A stretch of 64,000 bases of DNA from Patescibacteria group bacterium (GTDB lineage Bacteria; Patescibacteriota; Patescibacteriia; Patescibacteriales; UBA12465). Positions 8,011 through 17,424 of this stretch are shown here, in pieces. Under the pieces are notes generated by a model, which was not told where the DNA came from, ran no database searches, and was given only the letters and a program-made list of their open reading frames with translations. A program made the translations under genes and the position numbers. Each line of letters opens with the position of its first letter. The stretch's first letter is position 1. Location: assembly GCA_049317985.1 (NCBI GenBank), contig JBMOHF010000003.1:22350-86349 (forward strand). Direction: 5' to 3'.

Positions 8011-8039
8011 GTGTTATTCCTTTTGGATAACACTTTTTT
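8011..8039 (+). terminator. Second plus-strand terminator-like hairpin
   Basis: gtgttat / ataacac hairpin followed by tttttt. No ORF lies between it and the thrS terminator. Confidence 0.4.
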
Positions 8040-8049
8040 AAATTGTTAA

Positions 8050-8562
8050 TTACTTTTTTTCGGAGACATAAAATTTTTCTCCACCGGGTAAAATTACTAA
8101 TTTTAGTCTTGGCCAACCAGTCCAGTCATAGTTGCTGAAACCAATGTCACCTAAGTTCACATTTACAACGTGGTCAGTGGTGTCAACATCCGTAAAGTTT
8201 ACCGATTTAACTACACGACCAGAATAAATACTGCCATTTTCACGATAACTGACTTCAACTAATATTTCATATGTTTTACCTATTAACGAATCTGCAGAAT
8301 GTGGTAAAACAAAGGAAAAATTCAACCAGGTTGCGTCTGCACCAAAAATACTATGAGCATCAATATTTTCTCCCTGTCGATGGTCAACTAATGCAATGTA
8401 AAATCCGGTTACTAAATCGGGACTAGGAAAATCTATTGTACCAGTAATTTTGATAGTGTTTTCAATTGGTGGAGGATCAGGTGGCTTGACGATTGGATCG
8501 TCTTTTTTGCAGGAGGATAATAATCCTACTACTGCAAATACGAAAAAAAATATTTTTTTCAT
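8050..8562 (-). CDS. Lipoprotein of unknown function
   Basis: 170 aa. Signal peptide with lipobox MKKIFFFVFAVVGLLSS-C. Pro-rich linker, then a beta-rich domain. Confidence 0.75.
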   Translation of the reverse strand: MKKIFFFVFAVVGLLSSCKKDDPIVKPPDPPPIENTIKITGTIDFPSPDLVTGFYIALVDHRQGENIDAHSIFGADATWLNFSFVLPHSADSLIGKTYEILVEVSYRENGSIYSGRVVKSVNFTDVDTTDHVVNVNLGDIGFSNYDWTGWPRLKLVILPGGEKFYVSEKK

Positions 8563-8609
8563 GGCTATTATTATTTTAATGAATATTTGATTTTACTTAC
8601 TATATTATG

Positions 8610-8638
8610 ATAATAGGATAAGCTTAAAAAATTGTCAA
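8610..8638 (-). promoter_or_regulatory. Promoter-like TTGACA-17 nt-TATTAT for the lipoprotein gene
   Basis: Minus-strand TTGACA at 8638..8633, 17-nt spacer, TATTAT at 8615..8610. Confidence 0.45.
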
Positions 8639-8639
8639 G

Positions 8640-11600
8640 TTAATCGGTCGTGAAATAACTGTCAGGAACATTGTCTGGAAATGTTTTCCAGAGACCCCAA
8701 TTATCAGTTACTTTGATCTTTATTTCCCTTTTTGTTGCTCCCGCTCCGGCGCTATAGCTGTAATTATGAGATATTGCGTGTGGTGCATTTGCGGCTGGAT
8801 GGTTATCTTGAGTATTAATTACTGATACTTGATCATCACCCCAGTTGATAATAATATTACCAAGCGGCTGTTGTTCTTTATCCACAATACTATTGAATTT
8901 GAGAGTGTAATACCCAGGAGCAATAGTCCATTCGCCGATAGTTGGGTTGGAGGCAGTTAAAGCCGCTCCAGTGCCGTTTCCTCTAAAAAGGCTGACATTG
9001 CTTATTTTTGGCATAATTGCACAAAAATCCGAGTCAGAAAAGTTGCTTACACCAAAATCGCTATTGGCATTTGGACGAGAATTCTGATTGCTACATAATT
9101 TTAACTGGTAAACGCCCTCAAATAAATCGGTACTCGTTGAATGAGAGTCATAAGCTATTCTTTTAATGGGATTATCGGGTATATAATTGCCACCATTTAG
9201 AAGAAAACCTTTGGTTGCGTCTAAAAATATATTCTTCAAAGTATTTTTTTGGTTACTACCAGTTTTGGACTCATCCTCATTCTTAAAGCCATATGAAACG
9301 CAGGGACCATCTACGCCGCTTCCAGCACAAGTAGCGGTTGTCCCGCCGCTGTTTCCGGACATAACGCAATTAATTTCCGGCTTATTTTTACAATATCCAA
9401 TAAATTGACAGGAATTTGTACTTTTAGTAACACCACCAACAATAACGTTATCAGAACAACCATATGGACGTCCAGCGAGGGGGCTTTTTTCTCCACTATT
9501 TGAATTGTTGTTGAACATCGTGCCGAATTTAATAGCAGCTTTGCCAGCAACTGATACAGTGTTAAATAATGATGCTGCGCCATATGGAGCAGTTATACCA
9601 CTAACAACTTGACCAAAACTACTAGAAGCTAGATTGAAATAAGGAACAGTGGAATAACCAAATTCGCTGATGATTGGGAAAAAGTTTGGTGAAGTGGAGG
9701 TTGGATAAACGCCTTCACTAAAGATTCTTTCCATCCATGGTTTACCAATGCCGTTACTATCAACGACCTCCACAAACTTGTTACAAGTCGGGGTAAAAAT
9801 ATCTTCAGGATCAATACCTGCCCCACTATTTATATACCATAATCCAGCGGTAGGATTATTATAATCATAGACGCGAACGGCGCTTTCATTACCAGCTAAC
9901 CCATCGTACTTATACCAACCAGCAGAATAAACGTCGACTCCTGATGTAATTCCATAATCACCATGGCTTTGAGAGCCCCATCTTGGACCTTGATAAAAAC
10001 CACCATCAACTGGCACTATTTTTACGTTTGACACAGCTCCGTTCCCCGTAAATTCCAACCTCGCGGTGGTGTTTGCATTTATTACATATCTGGTCCCCCC
10101 CCAACTTGGCTGAAATCTCATACCATGACTCCCAGCATTAATAACCACGGCAACTTTCATGTTTCCTGTATCAGGCACACAAAGAGAAAAAGTTTCACAG
10201 TGGTCCATTTCAGTATTTTCATCATCATCAAAACTATATTGATAAAAGAATTGATTGTAATTTGGGAGACAATCACCTTGCCCAGCAAAACCAGTTGGGA
10301 TATAGTCATCACTATCTCCCTGACATCCTATATCCCCCGTCGTGTCAGTCTGTTGGCGATAAGGACCACCATTACCTGTGATTCTATTCTCCACCAAATC
10401 AAACTGCGCGTTCGCTTCGGCACAATAATATAAAGGATACGTTCCACCCCTGCCAGCATAACTGGTTTTTTTAGTATTTAAGCTTGATGAAAGAATGTTG
10501 TCTAATGGTAACCATTGTAAACAAACACCCGGGTTAAGCGGATCGTGTTGCAAACAATAACCTTCCCAGCCATTTTTTACAACGCTCTGATCACGGCTCG
10601 AACAGGTCAAGCTATTGCTATCCTCTGTTGGATATAAGCGACATTCCTTTGCCAAATAATTACCTTCATCGCCGGAATGGTTATTAATTTCCAAAACTGG
10701 TTCAATTTTAATGTCATCGTAATAAACTGTACCACCAAAATCATCGCCTAATGCTTGGGACGTCCCAAAAACAATAGCGACCTTATTTTTCTGAACATTA
10801 ATTTTATGAACAACGCGTTGCCAGCCTTTTGTGGTATCTTTAAATACCTGCAAAGGAGTTCCGAGATAAGATTTGTCATCTACTATCTTCACCATCGCTT
10901 GTGGGCCAGACAATCCATCGGTATTAACTAAATAACTTATGTAATAGTTTATTCCTGGTATTAAATTTACTCCCGATTTCCCCAGCATTTTACCAGATTT
11001 AATACCAACAAAAACTTTTCCTTCGGCCGGATAAGACATACTTGGTAAAACTGATGAAGGTTCGTCAGCCAACGTGTAGTCTTGAGGTCCGACATTAGCC
11101 GTGGAAGTTGCTACGCCGCCTGAGGAAAATATCTTTAAATCGAAAGAAACGTCGTTGTCCTCAAAATTAATCGCCTTAAAATCACTAGTCGCCCCAACCT
11201 CTTTCATGTTGGCGATATTGTAGGCATTCAACAAGCTATAACCCGTCGCATTTTTATCCTGTGCGTAATTGAAAACATGAGTCGAAGTAGCACTACCGAC
11301 AAAGTTGCCGCAACCACCACCTTCGGTCAATTTATCGCATTCATTCAAACCATAGCAAGTTTCCGTGCCAGTTTTTTCATCCATCACAGCTGTAGTGCAA
11401 GAAAGCCAGCGACTACAAACTCGATTCGGCGAAACTTTCACCACCATATTGGCATTGCAGCTATTGCCAGAACAACTCGTGGCCAAGCCAGACCCAGTGG
11501 TGCTCGCAAAAGCATTATAACTCAAAGACGAAACTTGTCCCTGAATACCATTATAGGCGCGATTATTAAACAGGACACAACCATTATCAAAATCTACTTT

Positions 11601-14600
11601 TGAGTTACAAGTTTTGAGATCTACCTTATCTTCTTTTTGATACTCAACAACTGCTTCTCGAACCTCTAAAGATGCTGCACGAGCCTGGTTGAGGGTTTTA
11701 CTAGATATTCGACAAACAGAATCATATTTAAGGATAATATTAACTCCCTGGTTATTTTTTAATTCTACGGATTGGACTGAAGTAGTGGAAATATTGTTGT
11801 GAGAATCCAAAACATTAATGACTGGAGTTCCCGCAAAAGGTGTGCAACCCAAGGTATTGACTACCAATGAATTGGCCTGATCAACGCTTCTAACAATATA
11901 CAACTTTCTGGCCTTCAAATAGACATCTTGATAATAATCATTGACATTTTTTATCCACATATCCCCAATAACTCCATTTTTATCAATATCATCGAGGGTT
12001 GGATTCATCACCATATTTGGCGAAACAGCACTCGTTGCATCAATATATTCCGAGCAACCAGAGGCAGCAGTTTCGCACAAGCCTGCGTCCTTGGATGGTT
12101 GAGGAGCGCCCGCTCCAGTGTTTCCAATGGTCTTGAAATAGGAAATATCACAAGGGCGATCAGTTGTGTCGAGAGCGCAAGTTGCAGCGTGACAATCCGC
12201 ATCACTGGCACAAACAGCATTAACATCATTAAAGCCACCACCTAATAGACTTTTACATCTCTTTACTGGCTCTTTGAACCAACCCATCGCTTGGCTATTA
12301 ACATTACTGCTCGCTCGATAGCGACAAGTATTGTCACCTGGATTACGGAAGAAAGACTTTCCATTTTTACTATCAAAGAAAGTTTCACAACCTACCGCCG
12401 AGGACTGGCAGAGAGTGCCATTTGCGCCTTCGTAGTTATCCGGATTATTGATCAAGAAAACATCCGAGAAGAAAACACTAGTACCAAATTTTTTACCTTC
12501 TCCCAGTCGGCTACAGCCGATATCAGCCACTGAACATTCTTTTTCTGGGTTAAAAATGGCATAAACCATTTTGTCGCTTAAAACATTAATAGTGCTACTC
12601 GCGAAAGACTGAGCAAAAGGAGATTTTGAATTTCTGGTATCAATCATCGCCTCACAACCAGCCGACGACTCATCACAAAGACTACTAAACTGACGCAAAT
12701 TATGTTGTGTGCCATATGGATCCTGATAGGCACTGCAACCGAGATTGTATTCTGGCCCACGATAATCGCTATTTAAATCATAGTAACAGCTATCATCGGT
12801 AACCCAAGAATCTTTGATCAAATAATAACGATCAGTGACTTCAGTCACGACCAGGGAGTCAAGATAAATTTCGGAATTAGCCGCTACCACAAATTTTTCA
12901 CCCGCTTCAACTCGATGATTAAGGGCCGGCAAACTTACTTGATAAACTTTCCACTCAGCATCATCGATGTTCACGGAATCAGCACCAACTACGCCGCTAT
13001 TAAAATTAGCAACTTCGGTGCCGCTCGCATTTTCAAAATAGAATTTCAAGTTGGCATTTGGATCGGTTGCCTTCGCCAAGAATTTCAAATAGTAAGCGGA
13101 GTTTCTTGTTACATTCCCGATCATTCCAGAGGTAGGCGTTGAGGCAACACCAGTTAATTTAAGAGATTTTCCGTTTTTGTTGATTGAGATTGAGCTGGTT
13201 GCCGCTGCGCCACTAAAAGGATTGCTGTTTGATTCAAAATCATAAGTAGCAATATTATTAATATTATTACCATTACTGCCATTGTATTCTCGGCAGCCTC
13301 TCTCTGCTTCACCGCAAGCACTACTTTGACTTGGTAGAGCCCTAAAAACACAAGTTGAGCTGGCAACTTCACCGCCGTTACCGGTACATTCAGTTGGAGT
13401 GACGGTCTCATCTAAACGTAATTTGCGACAATCTGGGGTACAAGAAATTGTTTTTGAATATAGATGATAAGAAACGCCTCCGGTTTTATTGTAGAACTGT
13501 CGACAATCGGGATTGTAGTCTGGGTGACCGGCTGGCAATTTGAAAATTGCTTCACTACATTCGTTAGAATCAGAACTATATACTTTTGGTGAAAGATTGG
13601 CACCGGAGCTAGTCGCAACTAAGTTAAAGGACTTCAACTGATAACCACTCTCATCCTCACTACTCCAAGAATAGAAGACGCCACAAGTATTGTCTGGCTG
13701 GATACAACGACGCAAAGCCGAATAATATTCATTACTTTCTCCACCCTGGGTAACACTATCGAGATTGGTAAAACGAGAACAACCAGCTGAGGAGGCTGTG
13801 CAATTAGTTGCTGTTTTTGGAATAAAATAACTTGTTGAAATGTCCTGGAAATTGGTCTTACGTTGAACATAAGAATCATAACCAACACAAACATCTGGAC
13901 AGTATTCATCGAAATTAACTTTGGCAGTTAACTTGAAGTCGTCAGCCATTGAAGAGAAGGTTTGGCAACCAACTTCATCCTTATTACAAAGGCGAGCGAA
14001 ATTGTTGCAAATATCTGGAGCATTGTCTTTTAGGCGATAATCCTTTACCCCGGCAGAAAATGGATTTTTATAACATAGACCAGAAAGATACTCTGGAATT
14101 AATTTCTCTTGGGTAACAACCGGCTTATCGTTAACACTTGAGTCGCCATAATTAGACCAAGCAAAACCTGGCTCACCTGCGCCTCGATTATTTGCTTCCA
14201 ATTTAATTTTACGGAGATAAAAAGCGCCCGAGCTAACAATGGAAAAATCTAGTGAACTAATACCATCACTTGGCTTAGCGGTCAAAGAAATTGCTTGCCA
14301 AGAACCATTGTTGGCGACGGATTTGGTGACTGAATCCGGTGCACCGATCGTTAAAGTAGTAGTTCCGTTTGCGGCGTAGACTTCAGCACTCAAAGTGTAG
14401 TAATAGCCATCGATAACAGAACTATTTTCCGGGATAACAGAGAAATTTGAATCAGAAAACAAAGTTGAATTAGCAGTGAAACCAAGAACCTTCCCAGTTC
14501 CTGAGCCACTAACCACCGCATTTTCGGTAGTAACGACCGCAGAACCGGCAACTTGCCAGTGATTATTTAAGATACCCGCGGTGGAAGTTGAACCAACTGG

Positions 14601-16808
14601 ATCGAGATCAAAATTATTATTGAAAATTAAATTATCCCCCCAAGTTGGTTTAACGCGAACCAAAGAACGACAACCTTCACTGCTGGAATCGCAAGAGATT
14701 GCTTTTTCGTTCAAGAAAATACTATAAGCATTATTTCCTGACCACGAAATGGTGTTGGTCGAAGAGGCGTAAGAGCCAAAAGTAGAATACTGGCGGCAAC
14801 CAGAGTTACTGGCATCACAATCTCCGTAATCTAAAGTATTTTTTAAATAAGAAACCGTTCTACCTTTAACATCGGAGAAAGTTTCGCAACTATTGAAAGT
14901 CTGATCGCAAGAATCGCCATTAAAATCCCAAGTCCGTCGATCCGCGGTGCAATAGCCCCAGGCATCACAAACACCCTTTGTTTCATTGATACAAGTTCTT
15001 TCGTCAGCACAATAATCATCAGCTCGAGAAATAACCAAGTCCGAAGCTGGGCTAGTGGTGCCAGTCGCCATCGTAATCATTGAAAGAATCTGATTACCAA
15101 AACCAGCCTTTGCGCAACGAGTCTGTGGCACCTTTAAAACCCAATTTGGATCAATAAGATCCCGACACCAAGCCTGATTACCTTGAACTTCGGGAGATTT
15201 GAAGGTTGTATATTTATCGGTTGGGCTAAAGCAAGAAATCATGTCACCAAGAGTGACAACCATTTTTTTCTCATCAGCCTGTCTGATTGCCTCCTCCCAG
15301 CCAACTGGAATAATTCTGAATTTTCTTAAAATAATGGCGTTACGCAAGGAATATTTTTCATTAAAATCAAAAACCGTGCTATTTGCCGTTAAGACGCCGT
15401 TCTTATTCAAAGCTCCGTCATTAAGCGCCTCACCAACGGTTTTCTGAGCAGAAATGGCGTCCATGAATTTACTATCAATCACACATTCATCTGGGCTGGG
15501 ATTCTTTTGATCCTGGCAAGTTGCTAATTTTGAGAGAACATCATAGTCAGTTTGTTCTTTGAAGTTTGGAGCAAAAGTTGACATTAAGGCCTGCTGGTTA
15601 GCAAGATAATCGTAGGAACCATTAGTATTACCATCGGTAATGAAATCCTTACTGTCACTACCACCGGTCACCGTTCCCTTGTTCAAGCTATTTAAAAAAT
15701 TATCAAAGGCCGATTTTGCCAGTTGATTTAAGAAAATATTACTAGCATCAACAAAAGCATCTCCCGTTGATTGAGCTAAATTTGCAATGTATGCACCAGT
15801 TGCTGTTTTTTTCTTTTCTTCCGCCGCTCCTGGCACGTTCTTTAAATCCCCGCCGACGCCAAAAGAATCCAACCAACCGCCTTTGCCAAAAAAATTCTTG
15901 GAAGCGGTGTCGGTTTTGGCTCCGATGTCTTCGGTCATGCTCGTGCTCATCACAAGCGCGACACTCAAGTCAGAAGACTGAGTATCAAACATATTTCTCA
16001 AATTGCTATACAGTTTCTGTTGATTTGCTTCTTTTGAAAGACCAGCGCCAGTGAGATCTTCATAGGCTCCTTTAACATCCCAGGCCTTTTTCATGTCAGA
16101 CCAAGCACAATTTGGTCGAGCTGGACGAGCTTGATTTACTAAACCAAGAGATAATTTTAATCGAACAGCCAAAGATGGGGCGCAAAGATTCAAACCAGGA
16201 GAAGCTTTTCCGCCACTGCTTGTATTTGAAGCATTTCTAGCGAGAGAATTGGTATAATTATCGGTAGCAGTTTTTTCGCAGCTAATCACTGTCTTTAGAC
16301 AATTATCTTGTTTGTCATTATCAAGACCAGCTGCCGCGTCACAAGCTTGATATTGTTTATCACAATTTTTTGTTTCTCGTGTTCTCCGTTGTTCTGATTG
16401 AACATCGGCCGCAAAGCTATCAGCAAAACTCTCAATAAATTGTCCAGCGGCCTCATCGGCGATCATGCCCAAATAAGACTGTCCGTCTTTGGTGACAAAA
16501 AGTGGTTTTTGTCCGTCCGCCCCGGAACCAATCCAAGTCGCCGTGTCGACCGCAATTTTGTTAAGCGCGGTCCGCAAAGTCGCCTGGAAAGCTCCGGACC
16601 CAGCTTTTGCTAATGCTTTACCAAGCTTCTGCCAAATAGTTTGTTTGGTTGTCGCGGCAGTATCTTTGGCAGTCTGAGCAATAGTCGAAGCGTCTGATGA
16701 GACAGCGACTACCCCGGCCGCTTTGACATTTCCGCCCAACCAAAATAATCCACACAGTAAAATAACAATGAAGACAGATTTATTAAAACGCGAAGGATTA
16801 AAACGCAT
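8640..16808 (-). CDS. Giant secreted/surface Cys-rich protein (2722 aa)
   Basis: Single uninterrupted ORF. N-terminal signal/anchor VFIVILLCGLFWLGGNVKAAG. About 85 Cys by manual count. Gly/Ser/Thr/Asn/Asp-rich. Modular structure (see sub-features and findings). Confidence 0.9.
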   Translation of the reverse strand: MRFNPSRFNKSVFIVILLCGLFWLGGNVKAAGVVAVSSDASTIAQTAKDTAATTKQTIWQKLGKALAKAGSGAFQATLRTALNKIAVDTATWIGSGADGQKPLFVTKDGQSYLGMIADEAAGQFIESFADSFAADVQSEQRRTRETKNCDKQYQACDAAAGLDNDKQDNCLKTVISCEKTATDNYTNSLARNASNTSSGGKASPGLNLCAPSLAVRLKLSLGLVNQARPARPNCAWSDMKKAWDVKGAYEDLTGAGLSKEANQQKLYSNLRNMFDTQSSDLSVALVMSTSMTEDIGAKTDTASKNFFGKGGWLDSFGVGGDLKNVPGAAEEKKKTATGAYIANLAQSTGDAFVDASNIFLNQLAKSAFDNFLNSLNKGTVTGGSDSKDFITDGNTNGSYDYLANQQALMSTFAPNFKEQTDYDVLSKLATCQDQKNPSPDECVIDSKFMDAISAQKTVGEALNDGALNKNGVLTANSTVFDFNEKYSLRNAIILRKFRIIPVGWEEAIRQADEKKMVVTLGDMISCFSPTDKYTTFKSPEVQGNQAWCRDLIDPNWVLKVPQTRCAKAGFGNQILSMITMATGTTSPASDLVISRADDYCADERTCINETKGVCDAWGYCTADRRTWDFNGDSCDQTFNSCETFSDVKGRTVSYLKNTLDYGDCDASNSGCRQYSTFGSYASSTNTISWSGNNAYSIFLNEKAISCDSSSEGCRSLVRVKPTWGDNLIFNNNFDLDPVGSTSTAGILNNHWQVAGSAVVTTENAVVSGSGTGKVLGFTANSTLFSDSNFSVIPENSSVIDGYYYTLSAEVYAANGTTTLTIGAPDSVTKSVANNGSWQAISLTAKPSDGISSLDFSIVSSGAFYLRKIKLEANNRGAGEPGFAWSNYGDSSVNDKPVVTQEKLIPEYLSGLCYKNPFSAGVKDYRLKDNAPDICNNFARLCNKDEVGCQTFSSMADDFKLTAKVNFDEYCPDVCVGYDSYVQRKTNFQDISTSYFIPKTATNCTASSAGCSRFTNLDSVTQGGESNEYYSALRRCIQPDNTCGVFYSWSSEDESGYQLKSFNLVATSSGANLSPKVYSSDSNECSEAIFKLPAGHPDYNPDCRQFYNKTGGVSYHLYSKTISCTPDCRKLRLDETVTPTECTGNGGEVASSTCVFRALPSQSSACGEAERGCREYNGSNGNNINNIATYDFESNSNPFSGAAATSSISINKNGKSLKLTGVASTPTSGMIGNVTRNSAYYLKFLAKATDPNANLKFYFENASGTEVANFNSGVVGADSVNIDDAEWKVYQVSLPALNHRVEAGEKFVVAANSEIYLDSLVVTEVTDRYYLIKDSWVTDDSCYYDLNSDYRGPEYNLGCSAYQDPYGTQHNLRQFSSLCDESSAGCEAMIDTRNSKSPFAQSFASSTINVLSDKMVYAIFNPEKECSVADIGCSRLGEGKKFGTSVFFSDVFLINNPDNYEGANGTLCQSSAVGCETFFDSKNGKSFFRNPGDNTCRYRASSNVNSQAMGWFKEPVKRCKSLLGGGFNDVNAVCASDADCHAATCALDTTDRPCDISYFKTIGNTGAGAPQPSKDAGLCETAASGCSEYIDATSAVSPNMVMNPTLDDIDKNGVIGDMWIKNVNDYYQDVYLKARKLYIVRSVDQANSLVVNTLGCTPFAGTPVINVLDSHNNISTTSVQSVELKNNQGVNIILKYDSVCRISSKTLNQARAASLEVREAVVEYQKEDKVDLKTCNSKVDFDNGCVLFNNRAYNGIQGQVSSLSYNAFASTTGSGLATSCSGNSCNANMVVKVSPNRVCSRWLSCTTAVMDEKTGTETCYGLNECDKLTEGGGCGNFVGSATSTHVFNYAQDKNATGYSLLNAYNIANMKEVGATSDFKAINFEDNDVSFDLKIFSSGGVATSTANVGPQDYTLADEPSSVLPSMSYPAEGKVFVGIKSGKMLGKSGVNLIPGINYYISYLVNTDGLSGPQAMVKIVDDKSYLGTPLQVFKDTTKGWQRVVHKINVQKNKVAIVFGTSQALGDDFGGTVYYDDIKIEPVLEINNHSGDEGNYLAKECRLYPTEDSNSLTCSSRDQSVVKNGWEGYCLQHDPLNPGVCLQWLPLDNILSSSLNTKKTSYAGRGGTYPLYYCAEANAQFDLVENRITGNGGPYRQQTDTTGDIGCQGDSDDYIPTGFAGQGDCLPNYNQFFYQYSFDDDENTEMDHCETFSLCVPDTGNMKVAVVINAGSHGMRFQPSWGGTRYVINANTTARLEFTGNGAVSNVKIVPVDGGFYQGPRWGSQSHGDYGITSGVDVYSAGWYKYDGLAGNESAVRVYDYNNPTAGLWYINSGAGIDPEDIFTPTCNKFVEVVDSNGIGKPWMERIFSEGVYPTSTSPNFFPIISEFGYSTVPYFNLASSSFGQVVSGITAPYGAASLFNTVSVAGKAAIKFGTMFNNNSNSGEKSPLAGRPYGCSDNVIVGGVTKSTNSCQFIGYCKNKPEINCVMSGNSGGTTATCAGSGVDGPCVSYGFKNEDESKTGSNQKNTLKNIFLDATKGFLLNGGNYIPDNPIKRIAYDSHSTSTDLFEGVYQLKLCSNQNSRPNANSDFGVSNFSDSDFCAIMPKISNVSLFRGNGTGAALTASNPTIGEWTIAPGYYTLKFNSIVDKEQQPLGNIIINWGDDQVSVINTQDNHPAANAPHAISHNYSYSAGAGATKREIKIKVTDNWGLWKTFPDNVPDSYFTTD
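8694..9011 (-). other. PKD-like Ig-fold domain at the C-terminus of the giant protein (aa ~2600-2705)
   Basis: IIINWGDD...HAISHNYSYSAGAG..REIKIKVTDNWG follows the PKD pattern WxFGDG...H.Y...G.Y.V.L.V.D..G. Confidence 0.55.
12039..14909 (-). repeat. Protein-level array of a C-x5-G-C-x2-aromatic disulfide unit (aa 634-1590 of the giant protein)
   Basis: CDASNSGCRQYS, CDSSSEGCRSLV, CNKDEVGCQTFS, CTASSAGCSRFT, CGEAERGCREYN, CDESSAGCEAMI, CSVADIGCSRLG, CQSSAVGCETFF, CETAASGCSEYI. Looser variants: CDQTFNSCETFS, CIQPDNTCGVFY. Confidence 0.7.
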
Positions 16809-16830
16809 AGATATAATAATAAATAAAAAA

Positions 16831-17391
16831 TTATTTAGGTGATGAAGTCGCGACCGTTGCGGCCGCGCCAGCTGTCTGACTAGAGGCAGAAGAATCGCCA
16901 GTATCTTGCAGTGATTCTTGATATACTTTCAAAAGATCGGCATCGCTAATTTGACCAAGCATCGTCGCGTCAGCACCGCTTTGCAACATTAAAGCCCGCA
17001 AAGAAGCCGCACTAACTCCACCACTCAAAAGTTTTTCAAGCTCGGCTTGTTTTGGATCAACAACTGCTGTGCCCGCGGTTCCGGCGGCGCCAGAAGAGAC
17101 ATCAGTGCTATCAACTGGATTCAACAAACGATCTGGAACCTCAAGGGTTCCATTATTAATTGGCGTGCCAGTCGCTGTGGCCGGAGCTTCAGTCATTAAG
17201 CTAGAAATATCGTTTTGACATTCTCCTGTTTTACAGCCAAAAGTAATTTTCTGATTTTTCTTTGCTTGTCCGTATTCAAAAGGCTTGTTTAGGCGAGTAT
17301 TAAACTGCCAAGCGGCACCAAAAAATATAAAAATCGCCACAAACCCCAAGGCAACAATGGCGACTTTTTGTTTTTTATCAAATTCTCGCAT
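16831..17391 (-). CDS. Membrane-anchored Ala/Ser/Thr-rich protein of unknown function
   Basis: ORF 16831..17424 trimmed to ATG at 17391 (MREFDKKQKV). Single TM helix VAIVALGFVAIFIFFGAAW. 22 nt upstream of the giant gene. Confidence 0.6.
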   Translation of the reverse strand: MREFDKKQKVAIVALGFVAIFIFFGAAWQFNTRLNKPFEYGQAKKNQKITFGCKTGECQNDISSLMTEAPATATGTPINNGTLEVPDRLLNPVDSTDVSSGAAGTAGTAVVDPKQAELEKLLSGGVSAASLRALMLQSGADATMLGQISDADLLKVYQESLQDTGDSSASSQTAGAAATVATSSPK

Positions 17392-17424
17392 AATGAATAA
17401 ATAAAGAAAAAATATTTGCTTCAA

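Noticed and set aside
9187-16677. About 20 ORFs of 60-110 aa from the six-frame track lie inside or antisense to the giant gene. Similar short ORFs nest within rpoB, rpoC, ftsK, lepA, recJ, polA and others.
   Set aside because: All are fully contained in long ORFs with clear homology or modular structure. They have low-complexity or antisense-type composition and no independent start or terminator signals, so I treat them as spurious.
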